12,592 nt of DNA from Candidatus Asbonarchaeum danakilense. GTDB lineage: Archaea > Nanohalarchaeota > Nanosalinia > Nanosalinales > Nanoanaerosalinaceae. The notes beneath the pieces are model-generated. The model did no database searches and was not told the origin of the DNA. It worked only from the letters and a program-made list of their open reading frames with translations. Shown here in pieces: positions 1-5,775 of the stretch. Made by a program: the position numbers and the translations under genes. Position 1 is the first letter of the stretch. Each line of letters begins with the position of its first letter. The stretch covers positions 1-12,592 of the forward strand of contig JAXINV010000075.1 in NCBI GenBank assembly GCA_034190465.1, written 5' to 3'.

Positions 1-3
1 CAG

Positions 4-342
4 TCAGCCGATGTAGTTGCCGTCGAACGCCTGCTGCGGGACCTGTTGCTGCATCCCGGTGGCCTGGTCCGGGGCGGCCTCGAACTGCTGCTCGTACGTC
101 TCCCAGACGGCCTCGGCTTCCTCGCCGTCCAGCACGTGCGAGGCGATCTGTTTCGGCTTCGGCATGTCGTACTGCTCGTCCGGGTAGTAGTCCAGCAGCA
201 CAACGTCCCCCTCCGCCACGTCAGCGGCCTGGATGCGGTCCGCAGTGTTGACAGTGAACGTGTTCTGGTCCCATGTCTGCACCATCAGCACAGGACCGTC
301 CTCCGCGTCGATGACCTGTTCGACCTTGGCAGGATGGTACAT
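4..342 (-). CDS. Hypothetical protein (~112 aa); possible OB-fold resembling the PAN/Rpt N-terminal OB domain, with a Gln-rich tail ending NYIG
   Basis: Acidic ORF with the same C/G-ending codon style as the housekeeping genes. Stop TGA at 4-6. ATG at 342 is preferred over GTG at 348 because a CTTAAG box at 365-370 lies at leaderless-promoter spacing. The OB-fold call is my pattern inference. Confidence 0.8.
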   Translation of the reverse strand: MYHPAKVEQVIDAEDGPVLMVQTWDQNTFTVNTADRIQAADVAEGDVVLLDYYPDEQYDMPKPKQIASHVLDGEEAEAVWETYEQQFEAAPDQATGMQQQVPQQAFDGNYIG

Positions 343-364
343 GGGCACGTCTTGGTCGGGAACG

Positions 365-410
365 CTTAAGAGTCCCGGCCCCGTTCATGACCACCCGCCG
401 TGATTTTAAG
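365..410. promoter_or_regulatory. Divergent promoter region with two TATA-like boxes (CTTAAG 365-370 for the - strand gene; TTTTAAG 404-410 for GINS)
   Basis: AT-rich boxes in GC-rich DNA, each starting about 28-30 nt upstream of its ATG (342 and 434), with no SD. This is typical of leaderless archaeal transcripts. Confidence 0.6.
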
Positions 411-433
411 CCTTCACCTTCCATCCATGCCCG

Positions 434-1342
434 ATGGCCGACGAGGACGTCCTCACCTTCGAACAGCTGAAAAACCTGCAGAACAAGGAACAGGACAGCG
501 ACACCCTGCAGGAGCTCGACGAATCCTTCTTCGACCGGGTCAAGGACTACCTCGACCGCAAACAGCGGATCGGCGGCCACCTCAACAACAAAGAATACCG
601 CAACGCCAAGCACATCGTCGAAGACATCCTCGACGCCCGGCAGAAAAAGATCATCCGGCTCGCCTTCCTCGCCACCAAATCCCAGATCACCGTCGACAAC
701 CTGCTGCCCGAGGAAGAACTCCTCTTCGACAGAGTCCAGGAAAGCATCAAAGAACACCGCAGCGAGATCGAGGACCAGCTCTTCGGCGAGGACGACGCCG
801 AAGAACTGGGCGACGAACGACCCGAAGGCGACAGTCCCGGCGGACAGCAGGACAACAGCGACGGAAGCGACGAGGAGACAGGGCAGGACGAAGCAGAAGA
901 GGGCGGCGAGAGCGGAGGAAGAACGGAGAAAGACGAGACCAGGGACGACGGCACGGTCGAGCAGGAGGACGAGACGGACGAAACGGAGAGCGACGAGGAC
1001 AGTGAAGACGGCGAAGAAGCTGACGACAGGGACGAAACCGCGGAGGACGCCGGAGACGAGGATGAAGACGGCGAGGAGCTACTGTTCGGCAGCGACGACA
1101 GCGACGAGGATGAAGGCGGGACGGATGACGGAGACGAGGAAACCAACACCGGGAGCCAGGACGACAGCGAGGAAGCGGACGGCGAGGAGCTGGTCGAGGT
1201 CCGGATGACGGCCGACGTCACCGAGTTCATGGGCGTCGACCTCCAGCCGTACGGCCCGTTCGACGAGGGCGAGACCGCAGAGATACCCGCCGAGAACGCC
1301 GAGGTCCTCGAAGAGCAGGGCAAGGCCGAACAGCAGGACTGA
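434..1342 (+). CDS. DNA replication complex GINS protein (Gins15/Gins51 type, COG1711-like) with a long acidic linker
   Basis: N-terminal helical A domain (LQELDESFFDRVKDYL...ILDARQKKII...NLLPEEELLF) and C-terminal B domain (VRMTADVTEFMGVDLQPYGPFDEGETAEIPAENAEVL). It lies directly upstream of rpl44e-rps27e-aIF2alpha-nop10, as in the conserved archaeal cluster. Confidence 0.88.
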   Translation: MADEDVLTFEQLKNLQNKEQDSDTLQELDESFFDRVKDYLDRKQRIGGHLNNKEYRNAKHIVEDILDARQKKIIRLAFLATKSQITVDNLLPEEELLFDRVQESIKEHRSEIEDQLFGEDDAEELGDERPEGDSPGGQQDNSDGSDEETGQDEAEEGGESGGRTEKDETRDDGTVEQEDETDETESDEDSEDGEEADDRDETAEDAGDEDEDGEELLFGSDDSDEDEGGTDDGDEETNTGSQDDSEEADGEELVEVRMTADVTEFMGVDLQPYGPFDEGETAEIPAENAEVLEEQGKAEQQD

Positions 1343-1361
1343 CCGGTGCAGCGAACGATAC

Positions 1362-1400
1362 TTTAAAAATGTTGAGGCCGACTTCCTTCCATCGAGGGAT
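1362..1400 (+). promoter_or_regulatory. TATA box (TTTAAAAA 1362-1369) and possible SD (GAGGGAT 1394-1400) for the rpl44e operon
   Basis: Intergenic AT-rich box 45 nt upstream of ATG 1407, plus a purine-rich element just before the start. Confidence 0.6.
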
Positions 1401-1406
1401 CAAGGC

Positions 1407-1706
1407 ATGGTAACTATTCCGAAAGAAATGAAGCGGTACTGTCCGCACTGCGACTCCCACCAGGAGCACATCGTCAAGGAGGACACCAAGGGCAAGACGT
1501 CCGCGATGTCGAAGAAGCACCGGAAGCGGCAGCGGAAGATCGACAAGGGCTACGGTAGCTTCCCGTTCGAAGACCCGTCCCACCGTTCCCGCGGTCGGAA
1601 GAACCCGACCAGCGAGAAGAAGGACCTGAAGCTGCAGTGCAAGGACTGCGGCAAGGCCCACAAACCCAAGAACCCCATCCGAGCTGCAAAGTTCGACATC
1701 GAGTGA
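1407..1706 (+). CDS. rpl44e: 50S ribosomal protein L44e (eL42)
   Basis: 99 aa basic protein with YCPHC..H..H and LQCKDCGKAH zinc-ribbon motifs and a GYG loop. Directly upstream of S27e. Confidence 0.96.
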   Translation: MVTIPKEMKRYCPHCDSHQEHIVKEDTKGKTSAMSKKHRKRQRKIDKGYGSFPFEDPSHRSRGRKNPTSEKKDLKLQCKDCGKAHKPKNPIRAAKFDIE

Positions 1707-1712
1707 TCCATC

Positions 1713-1898
1713 ATGGTACGACGCAACAGCCCCGACAGCAACTTCATCGAGGTCAAATGCCCCGAATGCGGTAACGAACAGACCGTCTTCGACAAGCCCG
1801 CAGAGGACGTCAACTGCCTCGTCTGCGAAGAGCCGCTCATCGAAGCCACAGGCGGCCGCGGTGACGTACAGGGCGAACTCCTCCAGGAAGTCGCGTGA
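1713..1898 (+). CDS. rps27e: 30S ribosomal protein S27e (eS27)
   Basis: PDSNFIEVKCPECGNEQTVF...CLVC...TGG, the C4 zinc-finger signature of S27e, plus synteny. Confidence 0.97.
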   Translation: MVRRNSPDSNFIEVKCPECGNEQTVFDKPAEDVNCLVCEEPLIEATGGRGDVQGELLQEVA

Positions 1899-1906
1899 CA
1901 TAAGCT

Positions 1907-2668
1907 ATGCGGAGCTACAAGGACAGACCCGACGAAGGAAGCCTCGTCGTCATCGAGGTCGAAGAGATCAACCCCCATTCTGTCTACGCACAGCTTGAAG
2001 AATATCCCGGCGTCAACGGCCTCATCCACATCTCCGAGATCTCCCGTTCCTGGGTGCGTGACATCCGCAAGCACCTCGACGAGGGAGAGAAGACAGTCGC
2101 ACTCGTCCTCGAAGAGGATGACGACGACTCAGACAGCGTCAACCTCTCCCTCAAGCGTGTCAACGACAACCAGAAGCGGGAGAAGATGCAGGAATGGAAC
2201 AAGGAAAAGAAGGCCGACAAGTTCATCGAAAAGGTCGCCGACCGGGCCGGTGAGGACTTCGACGAGGTCTACGAGAACGTCGCCTTTCCCCTCCAGCAGG
2301 AGTTCGGCAACACCTTCGACGGCTTCGAGGAGGCCGTCGTCGACCAGGAAGCGATCGAGGACGTCATCGACGACAGATACCGCGACGACGTCATCGACGT
2401 CGCCAAGGATAACATCTCCCTCAAACAGGTCAAACTTGAGGGCGAGCTTGACATCGAGGTCCCGACAGGACACGGCCTCGCCACGATCAAGGAAGCTATC
2501 AAGGCAGGGGACGGTGTTGAGGTCGACTACATCTCCGCTCCCAAATACAAGATCAAGGTCTGGGGACGGAACCAGCAGCAGGCCAAGAAACGGATGGACA
2601 AGGCCGTCAACTCCATCAGAGGGCAGATCGAGGACGCCGGCGGCACGTTCGACTTCGAACGCGCCTAA
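1907..2668 (+). CDS. eif2a: Translation initiation factor 2 subunit alpha (aIF2alpha)
   Basis: N-terminal S1 domain (LEEYPGVNGLIHISEISRSWVRDIR...VNLSLKRV), C-terminal YISAPKYKI motif, 253 aa, and position between rps27e and nop10. Confidence 0.97.
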   Translation: MRSYKDRPDEGSLVVIEVEEINPHSVYAQLEEYPGVNGLIHISEISRSWVRDIRKHLDEGEKTVALVLEEDDDDSDSVNLSLKRVNDNQKREKMQEWNKEKKADKFIEKVADRAGEDFDEVYENVAFPLQQEFGNTFDGFEEAVVDQEAIEDVIDDRYRDDVIDVAKDNISLKQVKLEGELDIEVPTGHGLATIKEAIKAGDGVEVDYISAPKYKIKVWGRNQQQAKKRMDKAVNSIRGQIEDAGGTFDFERA

Positions 2669-2674
2669 AGGGCG

Positions 2675-2680
2675 TTATAA
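2675..2680 (+). promoter_or_regulatory. Candidate internal TATA box (TTATAA) upstream of nop10
   Basis: Lies in the 32-nt aIF2alpha-nop10 gap, 26 nt before ATG 2701, with no SD. Confidence 0.45.
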
Positions 2681-2700
2681 CGCGACCAGCGGTACCAGCC

Positions 2701-2865
2701 ATGGGCAACATTAAAAAATGCCTCGAGTGCAACGTGTATACGCTAGCGGACACGTGCAGCCAATGCGGCGGGGAGACGACGGATCCCGGCCCTCCAGCAT
2801 TTTCCTTCCCGGACAAGTACGGCAAGTACCGCCGCGAAGTCAAGAGCAGTACATCAGAAGGTTGA
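2701..2865 (+). CDS. nop10: H/ACA RNA-protein complex protein Nop10 (54 aa; absent from the supplied ORF track)
   Basis: Manual translation: MGNIKKCLECNVYTLADTCSQCGGETTDPGPPAFSFPDKYGKYRREVKSSTSEG*. It has the CxxCxxYTL..CxxCG zinc ribbon and the PP.FS..DKYGKYR signature, at the canonical position after aIF2alpha. Confidence 0.96.
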   Translation: MGNIKKCLECNVYTLADTCSQCGGETTDPGPPAFSFPDKYGKYRREVKSSTSEG

Positions 2866-2869
2866 TATC

Positions 2870-3664
2870 ATGAATAACACAGCCAAAGACCACGATAGCA
2901 CCAACGTTCTCATCCACGACGAACCCGACCTCGAAAACCCCGTCTTCATCGAAGGCCTCACCGGCATCGGCCATATCGGCAGGACAGCCGTCGACTACCT
3001 CATAGACCACCTCGGCGCCGAGAAGTTCGGCGAGATCCTGTCCCACCACTTCCCGCACTGGACCATCGTCGACGACGACAGTCAGCTCGACATCCTGAAG
3101 AACGAACTCTACTACCTCGAACGGGATGACGGCCGCGATATCATCTTCCTCATCGGCGACGCACAGAGCCTCGATCCAGAGGGCCATTACGAGGTTGCTC
3201 ACGCTATCGTCAACCTACTCGACGACATGGGCGTCGAGGACCTCGTCACCATCGGCGGCTACGGCACCGGCGAGACCGTCGACGATCCCGATGTCTTCGG
3301 CGTCGTCACCGAGAAGGATCTGATCGACGACTACGACGACTACAGTGTGAGTTTCGACCACAACGTCGGCCAGATCATCGGGGCTTCCGGCCTCCTGCTC
3401 GGTATCGGCGAGCGGTACGGCATGCAGGGCGTCTGCCTGCTCGGCGAGACACCCGGCTTCCTGCTGTCCGACCCCAAGGCCACCGAGGCCGTGCTCAAGG
3501 TACTGGAAGACATGCTCGACCTGGATCTCGATTACGATAACCTCGACGAAAAGATCGAAGAAGCCGAAGAAGTCATCAAGAAGATCCAGCAGATCCAGCA
3601 GCAGGTCCAGGAACAGCAGGAGAAACAGGAGCAAGGCGGCAAGGACCTCAACTACATCGGCTAA
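2870..3664 (+). CDS. Proteasome assembly chaperone family protein (PAC2 family, archaeal Pba-like)
   Basis: FIEGLTGIGHIG, IGDAQ, VTIGGYGTG, GQIIGASGLLLG and CLLGETPG...DPKA motifs, with a coiled tail ending DLNYIG. Canonical position after nop10. Confidence 0.93.
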   Translation: MNNTAKDHDSTNVLIHDEPDLENPVFIEGLTGIGHIGRTAVDYLIDHLGAEKFGEILSHHFPHWTIVDDDSQLDILKNELYYLERDDGRDIIFLIGDAQSLDPEGHYEVAHAIVNLLDDMGVEDLVTIGGYGTGETVDDPDVFGVVTEKDLIDDYDDYSVSFDHNVGQIIGASGLLLGIGERYGMQGVCLLGETPGFLLSDPKATEAVLKVLEDMLDLDLDYDNLDEKIEEAEEVIKKIQQIQQQVQEQQEKQEQGGKDLNYIG

Positions 3665-3670
3665 GGTGAT
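3664..3670 (+). promoter_or_regulatory. Shine-Dalgarno (AGGTGAT) for rpoK, overlapping the PAC2 stop
   Basis: Matches the archaeal GGAGGTGA-type SD, 3 nt before ATG 3674. Confidence 0.6.
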
Positions 3671-3673
3671 ATC

Positions 3674-3865
3674 ATGACCACAGACACACAGCGATACACG
3701 CGGTTCGAAAAAGCACGCCTCATCGGCGCTCGTGCCCTCCAGATCTCCGAAGGCGCACCACCGCTCCTTGAGATCGAGGAAACCGACCCCATCGAGGTCG
3801 CCCGGCAGGAATTCCACGAAGGCGTGCTCCCGATCGCGATCCGGCGCACAGAGCCCGGAGCGTGA
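3674..3865 (+). CDS. rpoK: DNA-directed RNA polymerase subunit K (Rpo6)
   Basis: YTRFEKARLIGARALQISEGAP...DPIEVARQE...LPIAIRR is the Rpo6/RPB6 signature. Confidence 0.97.
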   Translation: MTTDTQRYTRFEKARLIGARALQISEGAPPLLEIEETDPIEVARQEFHEGVLPIAIRRTEPGA

Positions 3866-3890
3866 TCCCTTCCTTTCTTTTTTCTCTCCC
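3866..3890 (+). terminator. Probable oligo-T/pyrimidine-tract archaeal terminator after rpoK
   Basis: TCCCTTCCTTTCTTTTTTCTCTCCC immediately follows the stop codon. Confidence 0.65.
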
Positions 3891-3897
3891 CCGCCAC

Positions 3898-3906
3898 AAT
3901 TTTATG
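3898..3906 (+). promoter_or_regulatory. TATA-like box (AATTTTATG) for enolase, at leaderless spacing
   Basis: About 29 nt upstream of ATG 3929, just downstream of the T-tract. Confidence 0.5.
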
Positions 3907-3928
3907 CCAGCAGCGGCAACCTTCCAGC

Positions 3929-5065
3929 ATGCAGATCGACGAGCTGGGACTGTACACCGTCATGGACAGCCGGACAAACCCTACCATCCTCGCAGAGATC
4001 AACGGCACGACAGCCGCCGCACCGTCAGGCGCCTCCACAGGCAGCCACGAGGCACGCGGCTTCGTCCCCGATGACCTCGACGACGTGAAACAGCAGCTGC
4101 AGGACCGGCTCGTCGGCAAAGAACTCAGCCAGGCAGAGCTGGATCAGGAACTCGAGGACCTCGACGGCACACAGCTGTTCAAAAACATCGGCAGCGTCGC
4201 CATCGCCACCTCACTCGCCTTCCGCCAGGCAGCAGGCATCGACAGAGAAGCCGCCTTCCCCTACCCCCTCGGCAACGTCGTCGGCGGAGGGGAGCACGGC
4301 GGCAACACCGCGATCCAGGAATTCCTCGTTGTCCCCGTCGAAGCCGACAGCTTCCCCGAGGCCGCACAGACCAACGCCGCCATCTACCGCGAGATGAAGG
4401 ACCGGTACAGCAGCAAGATCCGCGGCATCAACGACGAAGGAGCGCTCATCACCTCCATGGACGACGAGAAGACGCTCGACGCACTGACAACGGTGGCGGA
4501 CGAGCACGGAGCCAGGGTCGGACTGGACGTCGCGGCCAACGAGCTCTGGGACGGCGATAAATACGTCTACAAGAGCATGGGAATGGAGATCGACCCCGAC
4601 CGGCAGCTCAAATACATGCAGAAACTCGTCGACGAGTACGACCTGTTCTCCGTCGAGGACCCGTTCCACGAGGACGACTTTCGCAGCCACCAGCTGCTCC
4701 GCCGCGAGACAGACTGCCACGTCATCGGCGACGACCTGTTCGTCACCGACCAGGAGCGGCTGCAGCAGGGCATCGACGACGGCGCCGGGAACAGCATCCT
4801 CATCAAGCCCAACCAGGCCGGCACCGTCACCAGGACGAGGAAGACCGTCGAGCTGGCGCAGCAGGAGGACTTCATGCCGGTCATCTCCCACAGGAGCGGG
4901 GAGACCTGCGACACCAGCATCTCAGACCTCGCACTGGCGTGGAACATCCCCATCATCAAGGCGGGCATCGCCGACATCCGGGTCACCAAGCTGAACCGGC
5001 TCGCCTACCTGTGGCAGCGGATGGAGCAGGAGGACAGGCAGCCGCGCATGGCCGCGCTACCGTGA
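3929..5065 (+). CDS. eno: Enolase (phosphopyruvate hydratase), compact 378-aa form
   Basis: DSRxNPT, PSGASTG, GGxH, QEF, DEG, LDVAA, EDPF, GDDL, LIKPNQ, SHRSGET and IKAG motifs are all present. Synteny rpoK-eno-rps2. Confidence 0.96.
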   Translation: MQIDELGLYTVMDSRTNPTILAEINGTTAAAPSGASTGSHEARGFVPDDLDDVKQQLQDRLVGKELSQAELDQELEDLDGTQLFKNIGSVAIATSLAFRQAAGIDREAAFPYPLGNVVGGGEHGGNTAIQEFLVVPVEADSFPEAAQTNAAIYREMKDRYSSKIRGINDEGALITSMDDEKTLDALTTVADEHGARVGLDVAANELWDGDKYVYKSMGMEIDPDRQLKYMQKLVDEYDLFSVEDPFHEDDFRSHQLLRRETDCHVIGDDLFVTDQERLQQGIDDGAGNSILIKPNQAGTVTRTRKTVELAQQEDFMPVISHRSGETCDTSISDLALAWNIPIIKAGIADIRVTKLNRLAYLWQRMEQEDRQPRMAALP

Positions 5066-5083
5066 GGCAGAAGGACGGACCAC

Positions 5084-5130
5084 TTATAAATGTTGCACGT
5101 CAACTGGGTGCTGTCTACAGAATTCGGTGA
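5084..5130 (+). promoter_or_regulatory. TATA box (TTATAAAT 5084-5091) and SD (GGTGA 5126-5130) for rps2
   Basis: Intergenic TATA consensus 56 nt upstream of ATG 5140 and an SD 9 nt before the start. Confidence 0.65.
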
Positions 5131-5139
5131 CATACAACG

Positions 5140-5742
5140 ATGCTGCTTGATAAAGACGACTACCTCGAAGCCGGCGTTAACATCGGTATGCGGCGCAAGG
5201 TCGAAGACATGGAGCCGTTCATCTACCGGGTCAAGAAGAACAAACTCGCCATCATCGACCTCGAACAGACCGACGAACGTATCGCAACAGGTGCACACTT
5301 CCTCGCACAGTACGACCCGGAAGACATCCTCGTCATCTCCCGCAAGGAAGCCGGCCACGAGCCGATCGTCACCTTCGCCGAGGCAGTCGGCGCCGAACGG
5401 ATCTACGGGCGTTTCATGCCCGGCACACTGACCAACCCGACCAACGAGGACTTCCGCGAGCCCGAGCTCGTCGTCGTCACCGACCCCGTCGAGGACAAGC
5501 AGGCGGTCAGGGAGGCAGTCCAGGCACACATCCCCGTCGTCGCGATCTGCGACACAATCAACAAGCTCGAGTTCATCGACTACTGCATCCCCGCCAACAA
5601 CAAAGGGACACGCAGCCTCGCGACCATCTACTACCTGCTCGCACGCGAATACCAGAAGGAACGCGGCGAACTGGACAGCGACGACGACTTCGACTACACC
5701 ATCGACGACTTCGAAGCCGAGGACGTCGAGGACGAGGAGTAG
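5140..5742 (+). CDS. rps2: 30S ribosomal protein S2 (uS2)
   Basis: YLEAGVNIG, MEPFIYR, GRFMPGTLTNP, EPELVVVTDP..D.QA..EA, IPVVAICDT and IPANNKG..SL motifs. Confidence 0.98.
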   Translation: MLLDKDDYLEAGVNIGMRRKVEDMEPFIYRVKKNKLAIIDLEQTDERIATGAHFLAQYDPEDILVISRKEAGHEPIVTFAEAVGAERIYGRFMPGTLTNPTNEDFREPELVVVTDPVEDKQAVREAVQAHIPVVAICDTINKLEFIDYCIPANNKGTRSLATIYYLLAREYQKERGELDSDDDFDYTIDDFEAEDVEDEE

Positions 5743-5763
5743 GGTTTTTCTTCCCCGCTCCCC
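5743..5763 (+). terminator. Possible T-tract terminator after rps2
   Basis: GGTTTTTCTTCCCC directly after the TAG. Confidence 0.5.
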
Positions 5764-5775
5764 CATTGGTCAGTC

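Noticed and set aside
400..1005. 201-aa Arg-rich ORF on the + strand
   Set aside because: Alternative frame of GINS. Stop-poor frames are expected in GC-rich DNA with strong codon bias.
780..1190. Apparent short tandem repeats (GACGAG/GACGAC runs)
   Set aside because: They are Asp/Glu codons of a low-complexity linker with no fixed unit or spacer structure, so neither CRISPR nor VNTR.
547..1323. 258-aa Ser-rich ORF on the - strand
   Set aside because: Antisense shadow of the GAC/GAG/GAA-rich acidic GINS gene. Low complexity, with no independent signals.
3650..3664. Calling NYIG a canonical HbYX motif
   Set aside because: HbYX needs Tyr at the penultimate position and here it is third from the end. 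Kept only as a possible variant.
3866..3928. Possible tRNA or ncRNA near rpoK, as found in other archaea
   Set aside because: The gap is only 63 nt and is accounted for by a pyrimidine tract and a TATA-like box. No cloverleaf or T-loop motif is present, and no other intergenic gap shows one either.
3929..5065. Enolase as a pseudogene because it is short
   Set aside because: The frame is uninterrupted, and both termini and all catalytic motifs are present.
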